Shown piece by piece: positions 38,051 to 49,820 of a DNA stretch of 64,000 bases. Each line of letters begins with the position of its first letter. The stretch's first letter is position 1. The position numbers and the translations under genes were made by a program. Below the pieces are notes generated by a model, which was not told where the DNA came from, searched no databases, and saw only the letters and a program-made list of their open reading frames with translations. The DNA comes from Gracilinanus agilis (lineage: Eukaryota): NCBI RefSeq assembly GCF_016433145.1, contig NC_058134.1:282965070-283029069 (forward strand), read 5' to 3'.

Positions 38051-41000
38051 TTCCCACCCCTCCCTAATTCTACTCCCTTCTCCCCCTCCCGCCTTTCCTT
38101 CTCGACCCCACCGTAGTGCAACCTGGGCTATTTAGGCTCCGTTGGAAGCTGGGTGGATTGGCCTCCCCGTGATGCTTGCTGAGTAGGGGCTGCTTGGGGG
38201 GGGGGTGGCATTTCCAAGTGGAGTACCCCACTTCTGAAGTGGTTTTTGCCAGTAGAAAGTGGGGGGGGGGGTGTTTGCGCAGTGTTTCTGCCACTGGCTA
38301 GCGTTTTGTCGATATGTGTGTGTGAGATGTGTTTATATACGGATGTAGGTGTTCGGCTTTGCCTTCACCGCGTTAGTGGGGCTGGGTGAGCCAGAGTGAC
38401 GGTGTTTGTTATTGCTGCATTAGCTCAAGTCTAGGAGAAAATGCCCTGTGTGTGTGGCATGTGAACATGCCAGCACCTGTGTGGCTCATAAATTAAGGTC
38501 CCAAAGCTTATAGAATAGAGTAGGTTTTAACATCAGTACTCAGAAGGGAAGAGGCTTCTTTGTGCCTTCCTCACAGGGGTCAGGTGAGAATGGACTGAAA
38601 CAATATCTGAAAAGCTCAGAGCTTGGCACATAGTAGGCACTTCTCTTCCTGCCCGGCCACCCTTCCTCATTGCAGTGTAATGAATTCACTGAGAATTAGA
38701 TTCTGCCAGTTCAGTCTGAATTCACTGAGAATTAGATTTCCCCAATTCAGGCAGTGAGCCTGCCAGACTAAGATCTTGTTTGCTTGTGGGTGTTGGTACA
38801 CTGCTCTTTCTCCATTATCCCCAATGGCCCCATTCTTTAGGAGTCTGCATGAGTCTGCACCTTTTTTCCCTGCTGAAGAAATTTTGCTAGCACTAAACCT
38901 CCCAGCCCTGGTCTAGCTTATCTTTTCCTCCTTCCAGTCCAGGCTTGGGAGGCCAAGCAGAGAGAGAGGTAGGATGGAAAAAGTCAGGATTCTCAAAGAT
39001 GATACAGACACTCATATATATTAAAACACTTATGCATGCATTTATGTGTATGTGCATATATATATACATATATATGTACATGTCTCTCTACAGCCACAGC
39101 AATATCCACTCATCTTATACATAGCCCTCTTTTTTGGCTCTGGGTGAAGCCCCAGAAATAGCTATGAATGCCACCCAAATCCTGTATTGTAGAGAAGGAA
39201 CACAAAAAAGTCCTGACTTCTGGTGTTTATTTTGTAATAAACAAAGGGTAAAGAGATCTTTTCTGAACTGTTTACTTCTGAGTCCCCCAGTGTTCAAACT
39301 TTACACCACAAGCACTTGGTATCAGAGATTAAGAAACCTACCCCACTCCTTCCAGTCTTCCAGTGGTATCCCTAACCTATTTGGTCCTGATCCTGAATGA
39401 GTTTATTGTTCGGTCATTCAGTTGTGTTTCCACTCATTGTGACCCCATATGGGGTTTTCTTGGCAAGATAGTGAAGTGGTTTGCCATTTCCTTTTCCAGT
39501 AGAATTAAGGCAACAAAGGTTAAATGAAGTACTTGCCCAGGGTCACTAACTGTGTGAGTACCTGTGAACATATTTAATTTCAGGTCTTCATGACTGAACC
39601 CAATACTCTATCCAACTGAGCCATCTATCTCCCAGAATGGATAGAATATAAAAATAAAATTGTTTTATCACCCCTCTTCTCCAAAGATATTCGAAGTACT
39701 TATCTTACTCCCTTTTCCCTCTCAGCCTAAAAAAGCAATAAGATAAGGAAACTAGTCATTAAAGAATTAACTCCCCAGAATCCTATGGGAATAGAAAGCA
39801 CTGATATCTCAAGTCTAGTTTTCTTTTACACAAAAAAAGTGGCATAGGAATGGGAAGGAAGGGTAGCTGACTTAAAGGAATTCTGTTTATCACCCGACAC
39901 CAGAAGATTTAATGTTGTCCTTGGACTTGTGCTCTCTGAGTGATGAATGACTGTTAGTCCAGACCAGAGAGACACTAATACAGGAGTCTCACAGATGGAG
40001 AGAGGGAGAAAGAACTCCCCTCTGGATTTCAAAAGTATACCAACTCTCTGCCTTTCTTCTTCTCCCCAGACACAAGTGCCACCTACCCAAAACTATATCT
40101 ACATTCTTATCCTCTTGGAGTATTTCAGAATTAAGGTCAACTTTCTTCTCCACTCCTCAGTCTACTCCCATGTTTTCCCTACTTTCATTGAGGTCTAGCT
40201 GCTTCCTTCTAACCTTGACTCCCCCAGAGCCAGGCTTAGCCATTAGCCTTCCCCTTCTCCTTTCCTTTTTAGCCAGTGCCTGTCCTGTGTTCCATTCCAG
40301 AAGGATACTAATCCCAGGTGACTGCTGGAGTTGAAAAGCATCTGAAGGATAAACACATCCTTTTGGGAGTATTACTTCAAAGTATTCCCTCTCCCAGGTG
40401 TATTAGAAATACATGCTCTTTAATAAGAAATATCTGAAGACTAAAACAATTTTCAAGATCAAAAAACAAACCCTAAAACTTTATTTTTTTTAAACCCTTA
40501 ACTTCTGTGTATTGGCTCCTAGGTGGAAGAGTGGTAAGGGTGGGCAAGGGGGGTGGGGTCAAGTGACTTGCCCAGGGTCACACAGCTGGGAAGTGTCTGA
40601 AGCCAGATTTGAACCTAGGACCTCCCATCTCTAGGCCTGACTCTCAATCCACTGAGCTACCCAGCTGCCCCCCTAAACCTTATTATTTAATAATTCCATT
40701 ATTAAAATGGAATTGGAGGCACTGTGACAAAAGTAAGAGACACATATGGAGGGCAATAGAGACCTTCCTACATATCTGAAATGTAGCTATTTGCAGTTCT
40801 ACTCTTAAGACACTTAATCTCTGCTTCTTGAAGACTTAGGAAAGAAGCCTAGAGAACAGATCTTAGACTAATAATCTCTTCCCTTGTCCATACTCCCAAA
40901 CAGTGATTCATCAGAGAGTGGCATGCTGTCCCGCCTGGGTGACCTGCTCTTCTACACCATTGCTGAGGGACAAGAAAGGATCGCCATCCATAAGTTCACC

Positions 41001-44000
41001 ACTGTGAGTTATTCTCCAGCTTCCCCTACCCAGGTCCCCAAGTTTCTGATGGAGTAAGAGAAGATAAGGGCAGCATGCATGCAAAGCTGCTGTTGGGAAC
41101 CTAATGATATAACACACACACCCCCAAGTTACCTTACCCTGTCTCAGATGTGCTTTTGACCTTACTGGTCAATCTAGGATGGTTTCCAGTAGATTTACTC
41201 TCTGACCTTGGGCCTTTGAACTATGAATCAGTGAACTGAACCATGTATAGGATACTATTTCTCTTTATGAGAGAGACCAATAATGGAGCTATTCTAATAC
41301 CTTCATTGATAGAATGATAGAATCCTAGAGTTTAAAGGAAAAGATCTCAGAAGTGCTTTGTCCAAAAAAAGCATGAATTAGTCCTCCTATAGGACATCCC
41401 CCAGAAAGCCCTAAGGGTTCTGTCCAGCCTCTTAATTGAAGATCTCCAATTTTATCCATTCCATTCTTCTCCCTCCAACTCCTACCCATTGATCCTAGTT
41501 CCATCAGTGAAAAGCCAAGACCAGGGAGAGAACAGCACCACATTTCAGTACATGTAGTTAAACTTGGGTTGGCAAAGATATTGGGTTAGAAAAAGATAAA
41601 GAGCTCACAGAGCCATCTCTTTCCCCCAAAGGCGCTGAGAGCCACCGGGCTGCAGACATCAGATCCCAGGCTTCGGGACTGTATGAGCCAGATGCGACGG
41701 ATGGTTCGAGAATCTAGCAGTGGGGGTCTCTTAGACCGTGATCTCTTTAGGAAGTAAGAGCCTGGGTATTAGAGAGCTTCTCTCATTTCTACCATCTAAA
41801 GTTACCAATTCATAGAATATTAAAACTGGAAGAGAATTTAGAGATCACTTCATTCAATCTATTGTTAGAATTGAGGAAAATGTGGCTCAGAGAGATCAGG
41901 ATTTACCCAAGGTCTCCCAGCTTGTTAGGTTCAAATTCTCATATAGCTCTTACCTTATGGTTTCCTTCCCCCAACCCTAAGGGTATCTGGAGAGTGGGTG
42001 GTATAATATTTTAACATCAGCCCAGTGATTCAGTTGTGATTGTGGCCCAGGTGTGTGAGCAGCAACATTGTGCTGCTTACGCAAGCATTCCGAAAGAAGT
42101 TTGTTATTCCTGACTTCGAGGAGTTCAAGGACCATGTGGATCGAATCTTTGAGGAGACCAAAGAACGTACAGGAGGCAAGGTGAGAAACCCCACCAGGGC
42201 AGTAGAGGGGAAGATAGAGTATGCTTTATGGACTAGAAATCTCTGTGGTTAAAGGAAGAGAATTATGAATGGGTCCCAATGATTGGGAGTCAAATGGCAG
42301 CCCTCTTCCTGCCACAAATCCCAGTTCAGAAAAGTTCCAGAGATTCCTCACAGGGAAGGAAAGGAAGACAATCAACTCCCATAAGGGAAGACAATCAAAC
42401 TCCCATTTGACAGTAGTGGAAATGGAAAGAAAACTATTGGAAGATAATGTATATACATCTACAGCTATAGGAAGCTAATGCCAAGGATTCCCCTTGTTTC
42501 TTCCAATAGGCAGAGCTAATGTCCAAGCAGTTCCTTGCTATGTCATGCTTAGGGGCCATAAAAAGAGGGAATCCTCTAAAATTTGCAAAATCATATTTAA
42601 GGAACTGAAAAATTTGAAGGTCTTCAGCTAGAGGCTGGATGACCACTTATTAGGAATGTTCTAGAAGGAGATTCCTATTGGATTAGATGGGCTCTGAGAT
42701 ATCTCCCAACTCGAATTTTGTGAAATTTTAACTTAGATTGTTAATTCTGTCTGTCTGTCTCTCCCCCCTCCCCCTTTTGCTGTTGTCTCCCTCCTTTCCT
42801 TCCCTTCTCCTTGTCTCTCTTTTCTCTCCCCCCAAATCTCCTCTTGTCCAGGTGGCAGCCTACATTCCCCAGCTAGCCAAATCGGATCCTGATCTCTGGG
42901 GTGTCTCACTATGTACTGTGGACGGGCAAAGGTGAAGATGCTGGGGAAGGGGGAAGAGTAGGCACGGAGGGAAGAGTTACAGGACTAAGGCCACCCTTTT
43001 CATAGCTTTTCTCTATCTATAGGCACTCAGTAGGACACACTAAGATTCCCTTCTGTCTACAGTCCTGTGTGAAGCCCCTCACTTACGCCATATCTGTCAG
43101 CAACCTGGGCACTGAGTATGTGCATAAATATGTGGGCAAAGAGCCTAGTGGTCTACGTTACAACAAGCTTTCCCTCAATGAGGAAGGTGAGAGCTTCCAT
43201 AACAGACCAAAGCATAGGCTGCTACTTTTCTGCTCTTCCTTCTTGCTTTCCATCAGTCGTCCCCTCCTCCACATGCCTCTCTGACCCTTCTTTTAGCTCA
43301 CCGTTTTTCACCTGCCCAGGAAATTGGTTTCTTGAGTTTCAGGCTAACCAACAGAATGAGAGGATTGAGGGAAATAGAGGGTGGGAAGTAATCATGTCCC
43401 AGAAGCACTTCTGATAGAGCCATGGGTGCATTGTGTCTCCTCAGGAATCCCTCATAACCCAATGGTAAATGCTGGTGCCATTGTTGTGAGTTCCCTGATA
43501 AAGGTAAGGGTCCTGACCTCAGTCCAAAAATACTGCCAGAACTATTCATCTTTCAAGTCTCTAGCTCCATATTCCCTGTTTTCTACTGTGGCAAAGAACA
43601 CTACCTCCCTGCCTCAGCCAACCCTCCAAATAAACTCAGGCCTTGATCTAATTCCCCAGAAGGGACATGGGGGCAGTGTAAGGATCCCAATGTTACCTTC
43701 TCTTTGGAAAAGTCGCAATACAATAGGTACATTCCCTGCCCTAGCATAAGACCTTGGTCCTTGGAGAAAAGGCTCTAACCTACCTCCCTGTTCCCAAAGG
43801 CTAAGTGCCAGGACGAGGGGGAGGACAACACCTTTCTGTGCTGATTGGCCACATCAGGGTGAGGGAGTAGACAGGAGAAAGGGTGAATGGCCGGAACGGA
43901 AGCAGCTATTACAGTCACCTGGAACTGCTGAGTTGGCCTTGGGCAGGGGTATCAGACTGGCCCACCAGCTGTAGGCCTCCCAGGCCTTGAGCAATAACCA

Positions 44001-47000
44001 TGAGGGCAGCGACACCCTGGGAGCCAATCGCAACCCCTGTCAGAGAAGGTGGTACCAGGCTGCCCTCCCCCCACTGCCGAGGTGTAGGAGGCAACACTTT
44101 TGACCCTCTAGGCAGCGCTTTAGAGTCGGGGAGTGGGAGATGGATCTGGTCCCCAGATTGCTCAATGTGGCTGCTTAGAGTCATACTCCCTCCCTTTGTC
44201 CCCATCATGTTTCCACCGAGATCATTCCTCTTCCCCCTTCCAGATCCATGTGTGTCTACCCTGGGGCCATCACCCCATCCTTTCCCTTAGGCTGATATAT
44301 TTCTCTTTTTGCAGATGGACTGCAATAAAGCAGAGAAGTTTGATTTTGTAAGTTCCCTTGCTGTCAACACACAATGTTCCCAGTAGCCAATGCATCAGCC
44401 CCAGTTATGGCCCTCATTCCCTGAGGTGTGGGGTGCCCTTTGAAGTTCCTGAGCCCTATAAGCCAAGCCATTATCAATACTGAGTGATTCAGAAGCCCTT
44501 GTCAATTTGGTCTTTGTCAGGGTAGATGTTTTTATTACTTAGGTGGAATGTTTTTCCCACCTCCTCTTATTCTCTTCTAGGTATTGCAATATCTGAACAA
44601 AATGGCAGGAAATGAATATATGGGTTTCAGCAATGCTACGTAAGACTCCATGAGAACTTTTTTTGGGGAGAGGGAAAATGTAAGGGTTCTTTAGGGTACC
44701 TGCTAACCCTATTCCAGAACTCAGCATCAGTGCTTCACTTTCATTGACCCTTCATTGAGGTGTGTAGCTTTTTTTTCCCCCCAGGAGATAATGGATTAAG
44801 GTTGATAATGGGTAGGGCACTGCCCTGGGTTCCATCTCTGTCCTAAATGTTTCCCAGTGTAGTACTGAAATAGATTGTTGAAAAGTTTTATGAGACCTAC
44901 ATTATAGAGCAATAATCCTTGCTCGGGGTCAAAAGTTCCCTTCAGCATTTTTTTTTTAAACCCTTACCTTCTGGCTTAGAATCAATATTGTGTGTTGGTT
45001 CCAAGGCAGAAGAGCATTAAGGGCTAGGCAATGGGGGTTAAGTGACTTGCTCAGTATCTAAGGCCAAATTTGAACCCTGGACTTCCCATCTCTAGGCCTG
45101 GCTGTCAATCCACTGAGCCACCTAGCTGCCTCTTCCCTTTGGCATTCTAATGAGAACACCTAAGTAGATGATTCCATGGATATCTATGATATGATTTCCC
45201 TCTGATCTAGAGAAAAGATTTCTTGTCCTTATGGCCTGCTCCAAATGTTAGGTTTACTGTCTTTTTTTGCTGTAGGTTCCAATCAGAAAAAGAAACCGGG
45301 GATCGAAATTATGCCATTGGCTATTATCTCAAGGAGAAGAAGGTAATACAGGGAGCTGGGAGTAGTAGCAATTCTGTTGAAACTAGACAGGGAGGAAGCT
45401 TGACTGGGGTTAAGGAATTTGCATTGGAAAGCTAAGCTAAAGACTAGATGGGGCTAACCTAAAACAGCAATGCATTTTTCTACACTTCCCCTACAGTGTT
45501 TTCCTAAGGGAGTTGACATGATGGCTGCATTGGACCTCTACTTCCAGGTACATAAACATTTGTTTCAGCCCTGAGCCATAGGAACTACAGAAAAAACTCT
45601 CCATGCTGAAAGATACCTTGTAGGGAAGGCTTCTCTCATCACACTGGGGCCCCTTCAAAATGAAGGGTAGTGTCTGATTACACATCATCCTCCACCACAC
45701 CCCTTATTTCCATAGCTATGCTCAGTGGAGGTGACATGTGAATCAGGCAGTGTCATGGCAGCCACACTTGCCAACGGTGGAATCTGCCCTATCACAGGCG
45801 AGAGTGTGCTCACTGCTGAGGCTGTTCGCAACACCCTCAGCCTCATGCATTCCTGTGGCATGTATGATTTCTCTGGACAATTTGCCTTCCATGTAAGTCT
45901 ATTTGAGCTACCCACATTTTCTGTTAAGAGATATCTAGAGTGGTCTTTCTTAACTTTCAATCAGGAGGCTCGGGTTTTTAATCAAGTGCCCTTATGGGTT
46001 GGGTAGATGGGGGGTGGGGGTGGGGGGTGTATTGGGGGGAACCTAAATCTGAAAGGAAGCTGTTAATTGGTTGGGGAGATGTACGTGTGAGGAAAGTCAT
46101 AGGTTAATTATGGGAATATTCCAAAAAGGAAATATTCACAAAAGCTTGTGCAAAGTCCTTGACTGACCACTCAAGCAGGAGAGCCCAAGAGCTGGACATG
46201 TGGCCTCTTCCACAATGGTTATGAAGCCAAGTTCTATATGAGCCTTTGCACATGCATTCAGCTCCATCTTTGGTCTCCCAGGTGGGCCTTCCAGCCAAGT
46301 CAGCTGTGTCAGGAGCCATCCTGCTTGTGGTACCCAATGTCATGGGGTTGATGTGCCTATCACCTCCACTAGATAAGGTGGGGAACAGCCACAGGGGCAT
46401 TAGCTTCTGCCAGGTAAGTTGCGCCTTTAGGATCCCTCCTCACTTACTAGCCTTTCTCAATCTAAATCAAATATTTGTTGAGTTCTCCTGTGTTACTTTC
46501 CATGTCTTTGGGCATGACTGCAGAAGCTAGTATCTCTCTTCAACTTCCATAACTACGACAATCTGCGGCACTGTGCTAAGAAACTGGATCCGAGGCGGGA
46601 AGGAGGAGAAGTACGGGTAAGAAAAAGCACAATTGGTTGTAGACTCCTAAAACAGACCTTTGCCAGTAGTTTCTTGAGCAAGAAGCACCCATGACTGCTC
46701 ATCTATGTGGACTTATCCACACATTTACACGGCTGTGTAAATGGCTTTTTTTCTAGAACAAGACTGTGGTGAACCTGCTTTTTGCTGCCTACAGTGGAGA
46801 TGTTTCAGCTCTTCGAAGGTAATATCACTCTAGCAGCTAAAAATAAGGACTCAGACCCAAAGATGGAGGGCTGGAGGAGCTTCAGTGACCATCCAGGCCA
46901 GCTCCCTTTCATGTTAGAGATGAGAACACAGAAGCCCAGAGAAGTTGTGACTTAATAAATGTCACACAGCAAGTGTAGCTGCTAGAATTGGCATCTGGGT

Positions 47001-48069
47001 TTAGTCAGTGCCTGCTGTCACCTATAAAAGTGTGCTGTTAAACAGAAATTTCACTGTGAAGTGGGAGACTTAAGGGTAAGGGCCCTGGAAATGAGCACAC
47101 AGTTGGGGAGGCTGCAGACTGGCATTTTGGGGTATCATCCTGCCCCAACTCTTACTTAGGAATATGAGGTTCCTATGGGCACAGAGCCACAAGGACCCTA
47201 GAAGAGCTAGAGCACAGCAGAAGCCCACTTCTTTATTTTCTTCCATACTTCTGAGTGCCAGTCCTGCGTCAGAAGGGACACTCCACTGTTGTGACATTGC
47301 TCCTAGGTTTGCCTTATCAGCCATGGACATGGAACAGAAGGACTATGACTCACGCACAGCTCTCCATGTTGCTGCCGCAGAAGGTATCTGAAAGTTAACA
47401 AGGGCTCCAGACCCTAAGAGCCCCCTTTGTAGGTATAGCCCAGCAGAGATGCTGGTGACAAACCTGAGCACAATCTAGCAGCCATCATATCCCATTGCTC
47501 TGCCTCCCCCAGAGAATGCACCAACCTGCATGGAGGCCATCTGTGCATAGTCACTCAAATCAAATGCTGCTCTTCTAATTGCCATGGGGGGGGCGAGGGG
47601 GGGAGGGAGAGACACATTTAGAGACTCCTGACTATAAGTGACATCGAGATTAAGGGAGACTGGAATAAGGAAAAGAACCTTTTTAATTCCCATTATCAAG
47701 TCACAAGAGGCCAGTGGGGTCAGGGTTGTCAGAGCCTTCCAAACTTTGCCCTTCTTTGTTATCCCTAGGACACCTAGAAGTTGTCAAGTTCCTAGTGGAA
47801 GCCTGCAAAGTAAATCCTTTCGTGAAGGACAGGTGAGTGGGAGGAACTGGGGGCCAATGGGCAGACCATTCTCATGGCCTTCTTTGTCCAATTATTGCCC
47901 TCTACCTCACAGGTGGGGCAACATTCCCCTGGATGATGCTGTACAATTCAACCATCTAGAGGTGGTCAGGTTGCTTCGGGACTACCAGGAATCCTACACT
48001 TTGTCTGATCCTCGGGCTGAGGTAGCAGCTGAAGCCCTGTCTAAAGAAAATCTGGAGAGCATGGTGTAA
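37556..48069 (+). CDS. GLS2: Glutaminase 2 (liver-type, mitochondrial); 18 exons, 601 aa
   Basis: Exons join in frame to 1806 nt with GT-AG introns. Catalytic LQSCVKP, GLS2-type loop LRYNKLSL (GLS has LRFNKLFL), LGDLL LXXLL motif, ankyrin repeats, C-terminal PDZ ligand ESMV. Confidence 0.99.
39405..39630 (-). mobile_element. MAR1/MIR-type SINE in GLS2 intron 1
   Basis: gaccccat-tggggttttcttggcaa...gagtggtttgccatttcctt RTE-derived tail plus CORE; a similar copy lies at 51250-51450. Confidence 0.75.
40484..40671 (-). mobile_element. Young SINE in GLS2 intron 1
   Basis: Same body and tail type as 25884-26070; imperfect TSD cctaaa(a/c)ctt. Confidence 0.9.
40904..41003 (+). CDS. GLS2: GLS2 exon 2
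   Basis: [33 protein letters not shown]; cag| ... |gtgagt. Confidence 0.98.
41632..41753 (+). CDS. GLS2: GLS2 exon 3
   Basis: [41 protein letters not shown]. Confidence 0.98.
42051..42180 (+). CDS. GLS2: GLS2 exon 4
   Basis: [43 protein letters not shown]. Confidence 0.98.
42852..42931 (+). CDS. GLS2: GLS2 exon 5
   Basis: [27 protein letters not shown]. Confidence 0.98.
43023..43186 (+). CDS. GLS2: GLS2 exon 6 (catalytic SCVK, activation loop)
   Basis: [54 protein letters not shown]. Confidence 0.99.
43445..43503 (+). CDS. GLS2: GLS2 exon 7
   Basis: [20 protein letters not shown]. Confidence 0.98.
43841..44030. promoter_or_regulatory. Candidate intragenic promoter/enhancer in GLS2 intron 7
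   Basis: ctgattggcc (43841-43850), tandem ETS ccggaacggaag (43891-43902), gagccaatcg (44021-44030), local CpGs. Confidence 0.4.
44315..44347 (+). CDS. GLS2: GLS2 exon 8
   Basis: [11 protein letters not shown]. Confidence 0.97.
44581..44639 (+). CDS. GLS2: GLS2 exon 9
   Basis: [20 protein letters not shown]. Confidence 0.98.
44948..45131 (-). mobile_element. SINE in GLS2 intron 9
   Basis: Antisense older-type SINE; imperfect TSD ttccctt(ca/tg)gcatt. Confidence 0.88.
45276..45342 (+). CDS. GLS2: GLS2 exon 10
   Basis: [22 protein letters not shown]. Confidence 0.98.
45497..45547 (+). CDS. GLS2: GLS2 exon 11
   Basis: [17 protein letters not shown]. Confidence 0.98.
45716..45892 (+). CDS. GLS2: GLS2 exon 12
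   Basis: [22 protein letters not shown]...[12 protein letters not shown]. Confidence 0.99.
46282..46413 (+). CDS. GLS2: GLS2 exon 13
   Basis: [44 protein letters not shown]. Confidence 0.99.
46524..46616 (+). CDS. GLS2: GLS2 exon 14
   Basis: [31 protein letters not shown]. Confidence 0.98.
46757..46818 (+). CDS. GLS2: GLS2 exon 15
   Basis: [21 protein letters not shown]. Confidence 0.98.
47307..47383 (+). CDS. GLS2: GLS2 exon 16
   Basis: [26 protein letters not shown]. Confidence 0.98.
47769..47832 (+). CDS. GLS2: GLS2 exon 17
   Basis: [21 protein letters not shown]. Confidence 0.98.
47913..48069 (+). CDS. GLS2: GLS2 exon 18 CDS
   Basis: [18 protein letters not shown]...[10 protein letters not shown]. 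Confidence 0.99.
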
Positions 48070-48727
48070 AGGGGGCTGCCCCTTCCTTTAAACAAATCAA
48101 AAGAAATGAAGGCTACCTGGCTTCAGTGATGGAAGATGGGGAGTTGGTTTGCTGTCTCTAAGCCAGAGCCTCTTAGAAGAGTTTTCATACCATCCCCAGC
48201 CCCTCCACTCCCCCCATGAGCCAGATTCTCCCCCTTCTCCATTACCTTTTCAGACAAAGCCCAAAGAAGGGTCCTAGTGGCCACTGCCAGTTTTCTAATT
48301 GGGTTTTGGCCAGAAGGCTTGGGTTTCTTTTGCATGGTGCAAGTAAGTACTTTGGTTCAATTAGCATCCCTAGAGGGTTTACCTAAGTTTTCTCTTAGAT
48401 ACAGCCAGTTCTTGTTTCTTGGGGCTCTAAGTGATCCACCTCTTCCCCCATGTGTTAATGATGGGGATGCCTAGTAGCCTCATTTAATTTGAGAATCATC
48501 TGTATTCCGTTTCTTGTCTCTGACCCCATCTGAAGAGACATTAAATAGGAGAGTGCACTGCTAAGGGCCCTGGGTTGCTACACCTCTTATAAATAAATAT
48601 ATACAGAGGAGAAATGGGGAAAGCTGAGGAGCCTGGTTTCAAGGAAGCTGAAACACTATAGCTCCTTCAGCCAGGATATAATGCTGCTAATAGTTCTTTT
48701 GTAGACAGAGGAAGTATTTTGTGATCA

Positions 48728-48733
48728 AATAAA
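48728..48733 (+). terminator. GLS2: Likely GLS2 polyadenylation signal (AATAAA)
   Basis: About 660 nt after the stop and followed by T-rich sequence; other + strand AATAAA at 48592 and 49294. Confidence 0.6.
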
Positions 48734-49820
48734 ATTTTAATTACATAAATCACTATTTTTGTTAAATCCAGCCCTCTCCCTTTCTCCTTTGATGAAAGGT
48801 GTTTAGCCACCATCACTCTAGTAGGAGGGGCCAGGCAGTATACAGAATGTATATATTTATACAGTAATAGTCACTACATATACTCCAAACCCTGCTTTAT
48901 ATAATAGGTTTCTTCTAGGGAAAAGGTAAAAATCACACTGATAATTAGGGGGTGATGGGGACATGGGTCCAAGACCCAGACAATAATTGTCTTGTTTTAA
49001 GTTTAAAACAATTTTCAAATCTCTCTGCCAAACATATGACTCCCTCTTGCCCAGCAGCCCCTTTATAAAATCCTGAGAGAATGCTTTTAAAAATGGTATC
49101 CTTAAGAATGTCAACTCCCAGCACCAATGGCCTCAATAACCCCTAAGTTCTCTCCATTGTCCTCCAAACTTAACTGATTGATTGGGTTTAGAAATCTGGC
49201 AGGCAGGACTTGCAACTATATAGGGCTGAGGTGATACAGTCCTATGGTTGTTGGGGGTCAGGGCCATGTTCATAGGCTACAGCATACTGACTCAATAAAG
49301 CACCTATGAATGAGTTAAAAATCTGGACTCCATGTACTCCAGAGAAAAGAGTAATGACATATTGACAATGCTGCCATTTCTCTAGCCACAGGACTCATTT
49401 GGGAGAAATTCAGTGGTAGAGCCTCAAACAACCAGTAGAATCCAAATATGGGCCTACTGGAAAGGGGTCATTTGGAGTAGAATTATAGTAAGAAAGAGGT
49501 TAAAGTAGAGCTTCAAGGGCAGCCTTTCATGAAATAGGTAAAATCTAAGAAGGACTAGTGGCCCAGTGGGAGATGGGAGGCCCAGGCATCATTCTGTTAC
49601 CACACTGGTTCCCACCCAAATTAGATTCCCATGTATGTGTCTAGCAGAAGAATTGGAGACTGTCTCTTCAACCTCTATAGGAAATAGAAGAAAGAATGGC
49701 AGAGGGACTTAAGATATTGCACAACAGCCCAATACTGTTGCTGGGTGGATACCAGAACTAGAATGAAATGGGCTGGATACACCAAAAGGGCCCCCCCAAG
49801 GGCTTCAGTGAGAGGCCACC

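Noticed and set aside
38455-38472. Palindrome tggcatgt-ga-acatgcca as a p53 response element (GLS2 is a known p53 target)
   Set aside because: The CATG cores are 8 nt apart rather than the 10 required for adjacent RRRCWWGYYY half-sites; no canonical p53 site could be supported by eye.
39030-39085. (TA/TG/CA)n tracts, also at ~21290-21325 and ~24200-24400
   Set aside because: Ordinary microsatellite or low-complexity sequence.
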